Shown here piece by piece: positions 8,836-18,107 of a stretch of 64,000 bases of DNA; within the stretch, counting starts at the first letter, position 1, and every line of letters begins with the position of its first letter. The notes beneath the pieces were generated by a model, which saw only the letters and a program-made list of their open reading frames with translations, searched no databases and was not told the DNA's origin. Position numbers and translations under genes: made by a program. Source of the stretch: a virus; IMG/VR virus record IMGVR_UViG_3300045993_000425, positions 1 through 64,000 of that record; one strand, 5' to 3'.

Positions 8836-10122
8836 ATGTCTAGCCCCCTGACTCGCCAGATCGCTAACTCTATCGCAGAGGCCTGCGTGGCACTTCATGT
8901 GCCTATCAGGTCTCTGACAGCTACTGACTACTGCCAGTGGCTGAAGGCGAACAAGGGCTTAGGGGAAGAAGACCTAAAGCTTGTCAAGCAGCACATGTCT
9001 AGGCTGGGTGGGTTCGTAAAGATTCGCGATGCTTTTTATGTTGCGAGCCCGACAGAGCAGCTGGTCGAGAGTGTAGAGTTGGCGAACCTAGCCAAGCTCA
9101 GTAGGCAGACAGTTACCAGCCTCGCGAACGACGAAATGTTCCTCAGTCGCCTAGATGGACTGCTCCGCAACGTATGGCGAGATGTAGGTTCCTTGCCTAA
9201 GTCCAGTTACATTGGCAAGAAGCAGAGGGCCAAGACCAAGCGAGCCCTGGTTATCGCCCTCTCAGACTTGCACTTCGGTAGCAGCCTAGACCCAAGAGAA
9301 CTTCCCTACAAGTTCGACTTTGAGGAAGAAGCCAGTGCTCTAGCTTATGTCGTCAAGAGCGCATGCGACTTCAAGCTAGACCATCGAGACGAGACAGAAG
9401 CCGTTGTTTGGCTAGGTGGTGACATTATCGCTGGTAAAATCCACGACCGCCAGGCTGGTCGCCCTGTCGCAGAGCAATTCGCTGATGCCGTCCACCTACT
9501 AGTCCATGCGGTCTGGGTGCTAGCTGGGTCATTCAAGAAGGTCACGATCTACTGCTCTACCGGCAATCATGATCGGGACGAGAGCCGCCATGCTGATCGT
9601 GCATTTGATGGCAAGTGGGACTCTCGAGCAACCCAGATTTATTATGCCGTCAAGATGTCTACAAAGCACCTGAGCAATGTCAGTTTCAACATTCCTCGCA
9701 CTCCTCATGTTGAGTGGGAGCTCTTCGGGCATCGCTTCTACGCTACGCATGGTGACACTGGGCTAGCTGTAGGTAATCCCTCCCGGTCCATCAACATCGG
9801 CGGTATCGAGAATCAGATGAGGGCTATCCAGACAGCCGAGGCTCAGGCAGGTCGCAAGCCGTTCTCTGTGTTCCTGAGTGGCCATGTACACCAGGGGCTG
9901 CACCTACCTCTCCCTACCGGCGACCTAGTCATCAACCCAGCCCTCATCCCAAATGATAGTTATGCCCGAGGGGTTGGTTTCGTCCAGAGTCGCCCAGGAC
10001 AGGTCATGTTTGAGGTCACAGCAGAGCATGCTGTGGGTGACCTTCGTTTTCACCATGTAACCGAACAGGTGCTAGCGGACAAGAGTCTGCATCAGCTGAT
10101 CGTGCCCTTCAAGGACTTCTAA
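8836..10122 (+). CDS. Calcineurin-like metallophosphoesterase
   Basis: All five motifs present: SDLHFG, GGDII, GNHDR, THGD, GHVH. Confidence 0.88.
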   Translation: MSSPLTRQIANSIAEACVALHVPIRSLTATDYCQWLKANKGLGEEDLKLVKQHMSRLGGFVKIRDAFYVASPTEQLVESVELANLAKLSRQTVTSLANDEMFLSRLDGLLRNVWRDVGSLPKSSYIGKKQRAKTKRALVIALSDLHFGSSLDPRELPYKFDFEEEASALAYVVKSACDFKLDHRDETEAVVWLGGDIIAGKIHDRQAGRPVAEQFADAVHLLVHAVWVLAGSFKKVTIYCSTGNHDRDESRHADRAFDGKWDSRATQIYYAVKMSTKHLSNVSFNIPRTPHVEWELFGHRFYATHGDTGLAVGNPSRSINIGGIENQMRAIQTAEAQAGRKPFSVFLSGHVHQGLHLPLPTGDLVINPALIPNDSYARGVGFVQSRPGQVMFEVTAEHAVGDLRFHHVTEQVLADKSLHQLIVPFKDF

Positions 10123-10361
10123 TGGCTGACCCACGACTCGAAACAGATCCTGACTTCATTCTCCTCAAGCGGTATGACTACTCGCTGAACAAGCTGCTCG
10201 AAAAGTTCCCGAATGGAGTGCCAGATGAGGTAGCTGGCTCTGCTCTCGGATGTTCAGCGGAGGAGATCGAGGAGATCTACCAGGGCATCGTAGGACGCAT
10301 CAAGAAAGGCGTAGAGAAGGCAGGCCTGAAACGGAGACGTTCTGCTAGTCGTAAGGCATGA
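10122..10361 (+). CDS. Small HTH protein resembling sigma70 region 4
   Basis: GVPDEVAGSALGCSAEEIEEIYQGIVGRIKK pattern; translationally coupled on both sides. Confidence 0.45.
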   Translation: MADPRLETDPDFILLKRYDYSLNKLLEKFPNGVPDEVAGSALGCSAEEIEEIYQGIVGRIKKGVEKAGLKRRRSASRKA

Positions 10362-13300
10362 GAAACTACCCGACTCCGCACTGTCACCCAGGCAGCTTCG
10401 ACTCGGCCAGCATCCCGGTAGCCTTCGCAGAACGCGAGAAGCAGCTAGGCACGGGAACCCTGACTGCGACAGACCACGGCACCCTCTCCAGGTGTCCTGA
10501 GGTCTACAGCCTCGCCAAGAAGGCCAAGCTCACGCCTATCCTGGGCCTAGAGGCCTACGTTCGAGATGACAACGACCCCATCTTGCTTAATGGTGGCATC
10601 AGTCACGACAAAGACGGCTCTTTGTCTAGTTATTTCAAATACTTCCATCTTACCTTACACGCTCTAGACCAAGCTGCCTTCGAGACAATCGGGCGGCTCC
10701 TGAGTCGAGCAGAGGAAACCAGCGAGAGGCATGGGAGCGAGCGAAAGCCCATCTTCGGCTGGAAGGACATCGAGGAACTGGGAGCTCAGAACATCACCTT
10801 CGGGTCTGGGTGCCTCATCGGGATGGTGCAGCGGCACCTGATGGCAAAGAGGCCAGACCTAGCCGTCAAGTACTACGAGAAGCTGCGTAGCCTAGCCAAA
10901 CCAGGGAACTTTTACGTTGAGGTCTTCCCACACCGTTGCACCCATAACTGGCATGAGGGGGTCATCATCCAGTTGGCCGGGCAAGCGATGCCCTTCAAGG
11001 ACTACCCCAAGAAGAGACTGCGGGTTCGACTCGGTGATGTGGATGTCGAGGATGTCGCCTCCGACCTAGTCGTCAAGTGGAAGCAGTTTGTACAAGACGA
11101 ACCCAAAGGAAGGACGTGGCTCCTAGCCGTCAAGCACAAGACCAAGTGGGTCGAGCAGGAACCCGCTGAGATCTTGAACTTCCAGATGGTTTCTGACTTC
11201 GTCCGCAATGAATGCACACCTACTGCTCCAGATGGCGACATCCAGGTGGGTGGCAACCGATTCGTCCAGTTCCTAGCTCGCAAGTACGGTGACCCGATTC
11301 TAATCAGCGACGATAGTCACTTCGCTCTGGCTAGCGACAAGCCGGTACAAGATGTCAAGCTGTGTGCCGGTGGCGGCTCCTGGCGGATGCACAACTCGTA
11401 CCATCGTCAGTCTTCTGAGGAGTCGTTCAAGTACTTCAGCGAATACATGGGAATCGAACAAGACGAGTACGACAGTTGGGTAGACAATTCCTACGAATGG
11501 GCTAGCCGATTCGGTTGGGAGTGGAAGCCGAGGCGAGAACTTCCTGTCAAGTTCTATCCACCTGACACCTTGAAGCACACGATGGATTTGATCAAGCGTG
11601 TAGGCAGGATGCGCTGGGACAATCAGCAGTGGAAGGAACGTCTTGGTGCTGAGATCAAGATGCTCCACCAGAATGGCAGCATCGACCTCCTTCCCTACTT
11701 CTTTCTAGACCAGGAGGTAGTCGAGTACTACGAAAAGCATGGGCAGCTTACAGGAACGGGTCGAGGCAGCGCAGCTGGTATGCTCCTCACCTATCTATTG
11801 GGCATCACCCACGTCGAGCCTCTTCGCTACGGACTATCCAAAGAGAGATTCCTGACGACCTCACGCATCCGCTCAGGCAAGCTACCTGACATTGATCAGG
11901 ATCTCCAGTCTCGTGACCTTCTCCTCGATGTCAATGACCCAACAAAGGGCTTTCTGGGAGAGCGTTTCCCTGGCCATTGGGCCCAGATCAGCAACGACAC
12001 CAGGCTCAGGCTCAAGAGCAGCATCAAGGACGTTCACCGTGTCAAGGACGGGTTCGTCAAGCCGGAGATCGAGGCCATCTGTAAGAAGCTTCCGATGCCA
12101 CCTCAGGGTGTCGATGACCTAGACTTCATCGAGGGTTATGAAGGCCCAGATGGCATGGCTGTCGAGGGTATCGCTACTAGTGACCAGACCCTCGCTGGCT
12201 ACATCGCCACATACCCTACGCACTGGGAATTAGTGAAGAAAACATTAGGTCTGGTCAGGTCCAAAAGCAAACATGCGTGCGGCTTCGTCGTCTCAAACGA
12301 GCCTATCGCCAACTTCCTTCCAACCACAAGGGTAGGAGACGATTCGGTTCCTGTCACCCAGTACACCAAGGACCTAGTCGAGCAGGTAGGTGGTCTGAAG
12401 GTAGATTGGCTGGAGGTTTCTGCCCTCCGCGACATCCAAGGGTGCATACAGGCTGTACAGAAGCGTTTTGACTACACTCCTAAGGACGAGAGAATCAACG
12501 GACTGCGGGTTCCTGGCATCCGCGTTCTGCCGGTTCCCAGCAAGGATGGATTCATCGAGCTGTACGACATCTGGGACCTGCCTCCTGACCAAGATGTCTT
12601 CAGGGAGATCTGCCAAGGCAAGACAGAGACTGTCTTCCAGTTCTCTACTCCAGCTGCGCGCAAATGGCTGGAGTTGTTCATGGTAGATGGCAAGCACACT
12701 CTCAGGAGCGTAGACGACCTGGCAGCCTTCACTGCTCTCGACCGCCCCGGCCCACTAGATGCCAAGATCAAGGCCGGAACAACAGAGAGGAACATGCTCG
12801 AGGAGTTCGCCGCTAGGGCTACCGGAGACAAGTCTGGGGTAGATGGTTCCTTCGCTGGTCTGTTCCCTGAGACGTATGACATCATCGTCTTCCAGGAACA
12901 GGTGCAGAGGGCCTTTGAGGTCATCGGCAAGGCTACGGCAGAGCAAGGTGACGACTTCCGAATCCATGTCAGCAAGAAGAAGATGATGGATGTCGCGAAG
13001 GACAGAGAGATCTTCCTCAAGGGGGCGACTGAGACGCTAGGGAGCCCAGAAGCTGCTGAGAAGGCATGGGCAACACTTCAGACGTTCGTAGGATACGGGT
13101 TCAACAAAAGCCACGCCGTCTGCTATGCCATGACCGGCTATGTCTGCGCCTTCCTAAAACACCACTTTACAACCGAGTACTGGTGCAGCGTTCTACGCAA
13201 TGCAGACCGCTCCAAGATTGAGACGACCTACTGGGAGCACTGTGGTCACATGATCGACCCACCTGACATCATGCTGTCTGGTGACGACTTTGAAGCGGTC

Positions 13301-14203
13301 AATGGTCGCATCCGGGCCCCGCTGCGGCTCCTCAATGGAGTAGGCCCCAAAGCTCACGAGGCTCTAGTGGAGGCTCGCCCCTACCACAGCCTCAAGGACT
13401 TCCTGACGCGCCGTTTCGACATCAGGTTGCAGGCTGGCTCTGTCACTGTCGAGCAGAAGGTCAACAAGAAGACCGGCGAGGTCAAGCAGAAGAAGGTGAC
13501 CAAGCTGGGTAGGGACCAGATCGGAACCAACCAGATGACCAAGATGATCGTCGCTGGGGTCCTAGACAGCATGTTCCCTACTGGGGCCTCGACAGATGAG
13601 AAGCTGAACATCTATGTCCAGACCAAGCAGGAGATCGAAGGCAAGAAGAAGCCAGACGAAATTGACCCGAAGTTCAAGTCGATGACACCTCTCCAGGTCT
13701 TCCAGATGAGGAAGTCGATCCTCCCATCCATCAATGACGACCTGACCCCCCTAGTCGTGACGCAGGTGCCTACTCAGTTTGAGACAGATCAGCACGGTCG
13801 ACCTGTCTGGAAGCTGAAGGAGAAGAACGACTTTGAGGGAGATGACCGTTGTCCTATCGTGTCAGGTCCTGATTTCAAGGATTTAGTCGAGTCTGGCAAG
13901 TCCTTCATCGACGGTCTGGCTCCTAAGTCGATGGTCGGATGCTGCGCCTATGTGACCGCAGTCGACTGGTTCTGGAATGGGCAAGCTGCCAAGCTCACAT
14001 TAGATGTAGCTGGAGCTAGGGTTCAAGTGACCCGCTGGCCCAACCAAAAAGAAAAGAGGAGGAAGTCCGGTGCGGTGCTGCCAGACCGTCTGGTCGGAAG
14101 CGTATGCATCGTCACTGTGTCCCGCTGGAACCTAGAGGGGGCATTCAGTGTCCGAGATGTCCAGGTCGTCGAGCAAGCCCCTCTCTCTGCCGTAGATGAG
14201 TAG
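10358..14203 (+). CDS. dnaE: DNA polymerase III alpha subunit
   Basis: PHP domain (HCH..SFDS, TDHG, LGLEAY, DSH), GRGSAAG, PDIDQD, HACG, FQF, VFQEQV, YGFNKSHA. Confidence 0.95.
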   Translation: MRNYPTPHCHPGSFDSASIPVAFAEREKQLGTGTLTATDHGTLSRCPEVYSLAKKAKLTPILGLEAYVRDDNDPILLNGGISHDKDGSLSSYFKYFHLTLHALDQAAFETIGRLLSRAEETSERHGSERKPIFGWKDIEELGAQNITFGSGCLIGMVQRHLMAKRPDLAVKYYEKLRSLAKPGNFYVEVFPHRCTHNWHEGVIIQLAGQAMPFKDYPKKRLRVRLGDVDVEDVASDLVVKWKQFVQDEPKGRTWLLAVKHKTKWVEQEPAEILNFQMVSDFVRNECTPTAPDGDIQVGGNRFVQFLARKYGDPILISDDSHFALASDKPVQDVKLCAGGGSWRMHNSYHRQSSEESFKYFSEYMGIEQDEYDSWVDNSYEWASRFGWEWKPRRELPVKFYPPDTLKHTMDLIKRVGRMRWDNQQWKERLGAEIKMLHQNGSIDLLPYFFLDQEVVEYYEKHGQLTGTGRGSAAGMLLTYLLGITHVEPLRYGLSKERFLTTSRIRSGKLPDIDQDLQSRDLLLDVNDPTKGFLGERFPGHWAQISNDTRLRLKSSIKDVHRVKDGFVKPEIEAICKKLPMPPQGVDDLDFIEGYEGPDGMAVEGIATSDQTLAGYIATYPTHWELVKKTLGLVRSKSKHACGFVVSNEPIANFLPTTRVGDDSVPVTQYTKDLVEQVGGLKVDWLEVSALRDIQGCIQAVQKRFDYTPKDERINGLRVPGIRVLPVPSKDGFIELYDIWDLPPDQDVFREICQGKTETVFQFSTPAARKWLELFMVDGKHTLRSVDDLAAFTALDRPGPLDAKIKAGTTERNMLEEFAARATGDKSGVDGSFAGLFPETYDIIVFQEQVQRAFEVIGKATAEQGDDFRIHVSKKKMMDVAKDREIFLKGATETLGSPEAAEKAWATLQTFVGYGFNKSHAVCYAMTGYVCAFLKHHFTTEYWCSVLRNADRSKIETTYWEHCGHMIDPPDIMLSGDDFEAVNGRIRAPLRLLNGVGPKAHEALVEARPYHSLKDFLTRRFDIRLQAGSVTVEQKVNKKTGEVKQKKVTKLGRDQIGTNQMTKMIVAGVLDSMFPTGASTDEKLNIYVQTKQEIEGKKKPDEIDPKFKSMTPLQVFQMRKSILPSINDDLTPLVVTQVPTQFETDQHGRPVWKLKEKNDFEGDDRCPIVSGPDFKDLVESGKSFIDGLAPKSMVGCCAYVTAVDWFWNGQAAKLTLDVAGARVQVTRWPNQKEKRRKSGAVLPDRLVGSVCIVTVSRWNLEGAFSVRDVQVVEQAPLSAVDE

Positions 14204-14213
14204 CTTTGTGCTT
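14204..14213 (+). promoter_or_regulatory. CTTTGTGCTT box, copy 3
   Basis: Directly after the dnaE stop, upstream of ATG 14235. Confidence 0.6.
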
Positions 14214-14234
14214 CTAGTTGGGCAAGGAGAGTTC

Positions 14235-15026
14235 ATGGACATCCAGTTCCCGATCATTTCGCAGGTTCTCAAGCTGTACAACGGAGCCAAGGAAGAGGCC
14301 TCCATCAAGCTGGAGGAGGTGGCCGACAACCGAACGCTGCCTGGAATGAAGGCTCGTAAGAACATCGGCGCCTCGATGGTGGAGGAGCTGACCCTCAAGC
14401 TGCGGGAGCTGATCGAAACCGACTCGGTAGCAATCTTCCCTCTCGGCACAGAGGCGAACCAGAAGTCATTCTCCCAGCTCGTTTCAGAGGAAGATGAGAA
14501 CGCAATCACCCTGGACGCTGATACGATGTACAAGGTTCTGGCCTCTGCAATCGAGTCGTTCCTGGGGCCAGAGCGCAAGTTCACCGTCGAGACAGGTCGA
14601 GCCCTACAGGCCTCTCTGAGCAAGATGGCTACCAGCCTTCGCCTGATGTCTTATGTGATGCCTCACGTCCACCAGTTCTACAATCAGTCCATCCCTACTC
14701 TGGATGAACTTACCACGGTGGTCAAGCAGCTAGTTCGTGCTTCCAATGGAGACATCCTGAACGCTGCCTACATCTCCTATCGTGTCTTTGAGAGCATCGT
14801 CTCTAAGGACTACGATGCAAACGTCGTCGCTGTCGTCATTCTCAATGCGTCCGAGGAAGAAGCCAAGGGTGACCTGGCTGTCAAAATCTTCGGCGGTCGT
14901 TCAGTTGCTGTAGATGTCAAGAAGAAGCCGGACCACGACATGGTCGTCTCCATCGCTAAGAAGATCCGGCCGCTCTACCAACGAGTCGCACCAATCATCG
15001 CTGAGTTCAACAAAACCAAGAGCTAA
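14235..15026 (+). CDS. Hypothetical protein
   Basis: RBS AAGGAG before ATG 14235; long ORF. Confidence 0.75.
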   Translation: MDIQFPIISQVLKLYNGAKEEASIKLEEVADNRTLPGMKARKNIGASMVEELTLKLRELIETDSVAIFPLGTEANQKSFSQLVSEEDENAITLDADTMYKVLASAIESFLGPERKFTVETGRALQASLSKMATSLRLMSYVMPHVHQFYNQSIPTLDELTTVVKQLVRASNGDILNAAYISYRVFESIVSKDYDANVVAVVILNASEEEAKGDLAVKIFGGRSVAVDVKKKPDHDMVVSIAKKIRPLYQRVAPIIAEFNKTKS

Positions 15027-15053
15027 CGCTCAAAACCCAAGACAAGGAAACAA

Positions 15054-16157
15054 ATGGCTACCTTCGGAACACCCAAGTACGGCAGCAGCAAAGGCACCTA
15101 CCCTCGCAGCTTGGACTGCAAGGATGGAAAGGTCGTTACTGTCCGCATCCTCCCTCCCCTCGGCAAGTGCGCCCCTACCGGCGAGTGGTTCGTCTCACAC
15201 GCCCAGCACTACGGCTACGCTGTCAAGGGTGGCGAGCGCATCACCTACTGCAACTTCTACTGCCTAGAGAAGTCGATGTGGAAGAATGACGTTCGCGTCA
15301 TTACGCAGCGGTGCCCCGAGTGCGACGAGATCGCCAAGCGCAAGGCGAAGCACGATGCCGACAAGGCCATCGCTGTCGGCCAGGGACTGACGCAGACTGA
15401 GATCCGAGAGAAGTTCGAGAAGGCTGCGGAGTGGGTTAAGGCGCACAACCGAGCCTTCCAGTTCTATGTCAACGTGAAGGACTCCTCAGGCGAGTTCTAC
15501 ACCCTCAAGCTTCCTGTCACGGTGAAGAAGGCTATCGAGGCGATCTGCGAGAAGTACCGCAACCGCAAGCCGTCCTACGATGCCATCGACGCAGATGGAG
15601 GCCTCTGGTTCGCCATCTCCGCTTCTGGCAAGGGTCTCCAGCGGGAGTACCACGTCGAGGAGGTCAAGGAGGGGGTCGAGATCGACGGTCAGACCCTGGA
15701 GCGTCCCAAGAAGGCTCCCCTGACCGAGGCTGACGGGCTCCAAGCTCTCGCATCCTGCTGCTACCTGCACGAGGTAGGCATCCGAACGCTGTCGCCAGAG
15801 AAGATCCAGGCCCTAGTGGACAGCCACGGTGACTCCGATACCATCTCCGACATCTGGGGGCTCTCTGACCGGGAGCCTGTCGAGACTGAGTCCTCTGAGC
15901 CACCCCCGCCGCCCGTCAAGGCTGCTCCCCCTCCCCAGCCGGTCAAGCCACCGCCTGTCAAGGAACCTCCCGCTCCCGTCAAGACCGTGGAGCCTGAGCC
16001 CTTCGATGAGGAGGACGATGTCGCGAAGGCCATGAAAGCCCTAGCCGAGGCTCAGGCCAAGAAGAAGGCGAAGCAGGCACCTGTGGCGAAGCCTGCGCCA
16101 AAGTCCGAGACGACTGAGGACGAAGAGGCCGACTTCATGAAGCAGTTTGCACCGTAG
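15054..16157 (+). CDS. T4 gp32-like single-stranded DNA-binding protein
   Basis: VRILPP, WF..HAQHY, CPECD, FYVNV, Pro-rich linker and acidic C-terminal tail EDEEADFMKQF. Confidence 0.8.
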   Translation: MATFGTPKYGSSKGTYPRSLDCKDGKVVTVRILPPLGKCAPTGEWFVSHAQHYGYAVKGGERITYCNFYCLEKSMWKNDVRVITQRCPECDEIAKRKAKHDADKAIAVGQGLTQTEIREKFEKAAEWVKAHNRAFQFYVNVKDSSGEFYTLKLPVTVKKAIEAICEKYRNRKPSYDAIDADGGLWFAISASGKGLQREYHVEEVKEGVEIDGQTLERPKKAPLTEADGLQALASCCYLHEVGIRTLSPEKIQALVDSHGDSDTISDIWGLSDREPVETESSEPPPPPVKAAPPPQPVKPPPVKEPPAPVKTVEPEPFDEEDDVAKAMKALAEAQAKKKAKQAPVAKPAPKSETTEDEEADFMKQFAP

Positions 16158-16180
16158 TAGTTGTACTCGGGCTGTACTTC

Positions 16181-16218
16181 GGGCCCCGGTGGCGATTGCT
16201 GCCGGGGCTCTTTTCTTT
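16181..16218 (+). terminator. Intrinsic terminator after ssb
   Basis: GGGCCCCGGTGGC-GATT-GCTGCCGGGGCTC followed by TTTTCTTT. Confidence 0.8.
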
Positions 16219-16228
16219 GGAGAATATC

Positions 16229-16885
16229 GTGAACTTTGAAACCACCAAGCTGTCCATCTCTAGACCTCAGGCAGGTCTAGCTCCCCTAGAAATCGACCTT
16301 ACTCTCGCCCGCAAGGCAGAAGCTAGCTTGAGGGAGATCGCTGCCGCCAATTCCTCCTCCTCTCTCAGCTTGGCGAGCACTTTCAGCGTGGCCTATGACA
16401 GCCTTGCGAGGGCTTATGGCGCACTCTACGCCGAGGCTAGCCTAGCTACCATCGCCTCCCGCAAACGTCGCTCTGTGGTACTCCTTGACCTCGCAGCGGG
16501 CATTGCCCAGGCTAAGGGGTTGGCGAGCTCTAGAAGCCCTACCGGCTCCGAGGATGTGCGAGAGGCTATCTGCTACGCCGATGACGAGTTCACGGCAATC
16601 GAAACATACCGGGCTGGCATCGAGGCAGCCAAGGAGCTGGTCTACATGAAGATGCAGGCCATTCGGATGGGGTTCGATGCTGTCAGAGCCATCCTGAAGG
16701 CAAATGATGGAGCCCCAGGCAGCAGAGTCAGCGACCTATCGGCTCCCAGCGAAAGCGTTCTGCTAGAGAGTGCTGAACAGATGATCGAGCAGTCCGAGAA
16801 GTTACCACCCGCCTTGACGATCACGACCGAGGCGTCGAAGTCCACACCAACCAGCGTTTTTGGTCGTCCCTCATACAGTCGTTAG
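16229..16885 (+). CDS. Putative UvsY-like recombination mediator
   Basis: Helical protein; EDVREAICYADDEF...KMQAIRMGFDAVR resembles the UvsY C-terminus; lies between SSB and RecA. Confidence 0.45.
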   Translation: MNFETTKLSISRPQAGLAPLEIDLTLARKAEASLREIAAANSSSSLSLASTFSVAYDSLARAYGALYAEASLATIASRKRRSVVLLDLAAGIAQAKGLASSRSPTGSEDVREAICYADDEFTAIETYRAGIEAAKELVYMKMQAIRMGFDAVRAILKANDGAPGSRVSDLSAPSESVLLESAEQMIEQSEKLPPALTITTEASKSTPTSVFGRPSYSR

Positions 16886-16898
16886 GAGAAGCGAAAAC

Positions 16899-18107
16899 AT
16901 GGCATTCACCAAAGAGCAGCAGAAACTGATGTCCAGCCTTCTCGAGATGGAAGGTGCCGTCGTCCATGAGGATGGCGATGTCTTCTCGTCTGGGCTCGAG
17001 TCTCCCAGTCCTAGCTTCAACTACTGCTTCGACAACTCCTGGTGTCTACCCAATGGGTACACCCTTCTCCTGGGTGGTCAGCCCAAGGGTGGCAAGTCCC
17101 TCCTGGTGAGTGCCATGTTCGGGATGCTTCACCGCACCGACCCAGATGCGGTCGTCATGAAGTACAATACGGAAGGCCGAGAGAAGGCCCAGGTGACTCT
17201 GGCGCAGCTTGCTCTCTGGGGCATCGACCCAAACCGCTATCGAGCCTACGACACCAACCTGCCTGAGCACATCTTCGACGCTATCGAGCAGGTTGTCCCC
17301 AAGATGCTGGAATCCGGCATCAAGGTGCGAGCCATCGCTATCGACTCGATCAATGATATCGTTGGGCGGCGTGCCATGAACTCCGACACCGTCATGAAGC
17401 AGCAGCGTGGAGATGAGGCCTTGACCATTCAGGACGGCCTCAAGCGCATCAAGGGGCTTCTGCGTCGAAACGGCATCAGCCTCATTCTGACCTGTCAGGT
17501 GCGAGCGGAGCAGGACCCCAAGGAGCAGGAGCGTGGCGTCCAGTTCCGCATGGCGGTTCCCTGGTATGTCAAGCACACGGCTGAGTACTTCATGATGGTC
17601 GAGCGGCTCCGCACCAAGGCTGGTCGCACCACTCTTACCGGGCAGACCTTCCGAGACGAGACGGTTTCGGTGGACCTGACCGGCGAAAATCAGTCGGATG
17701 GTGACGAGCTGGGTCACAAGATCCGAGTGACGATGGTGGACAGCAGCCTCGGTCGCCCAGGTCGCAAAGGTGTCTTCACCCTCGACCATGACCGTGGCAT
17801 CATCAATACCCACGAGGAAGTCCTCCTTCTCGGCATGGGCTTCGGAGTCATCCAGGCTGGTGGCGGTGGCATCTACCGGCTAGTTCCTCACCAGGCTCTG
17901 GACACTCGCCTCAAGGGCTACCTGGACCGTAGTTGGAAGGGCAAGGACTCGTTCCTGAATGTCATCTCTGGCGACAAGGAGGTCTACCTCGGCATCCTGT
18001 CTACCTGCAAGGCTATCGACCTCGCACGCAAGAACGGGATCGTCTACGATGCCGATGGCAAGCAGGTAGCGATCCCCAAGCAGAGCCTGGCTGTCGCGGG
18101 GATGTAG
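16899..18107 (+). CDS. RecA/UvsX-like recombinase
   Basis: SPSFN, Walker A GQPKGGKS, YNTE, IAIDSI, ILTCQVR. Confidence 0.85.
   Translation: MAFTKEQQKLMSSLLEMEGAVVHEDGDVFSSGLESPSPSFNYCFDNSWCLPNGYTLLLGGQPKGGKSLLVSAMFGMLHRTDPDAVVMKYNTEGREKAQVTLAQLALWGIDPNRYRAYDTNLPEHIFDAIEQVVPKMLESGIKVRAIAIDSINDIVGRRAMNSDTVMKQQRGDEALTIQDGLKRIKGLLRRNGISLILTCQVRAEQDPKEQERGVQFRMAVPWYVKHTAEYFMMVERLRTKAGRTTLTGQTFRDETVSVDLTGENQSDGDELGHKIRVTMVDSSLGRPGRKGVFTLDHDRGIINTHEEVLLLGMGFGVIQAGGGGIYRLVPHQALDTRLKGYLDRSWKGKDSFLNVISGDKEVYLGILSTCKAIDLARKNGIVYDADGKQVAIPKQSLAVAGM

Noticed and set aside
10937-11215. Second intein in dnaE
   Set aside because: Starts at a Cys but lacks block B TxxH and a terminal Asn-Cys/Ser/Thr junction (reads RNEC); too short
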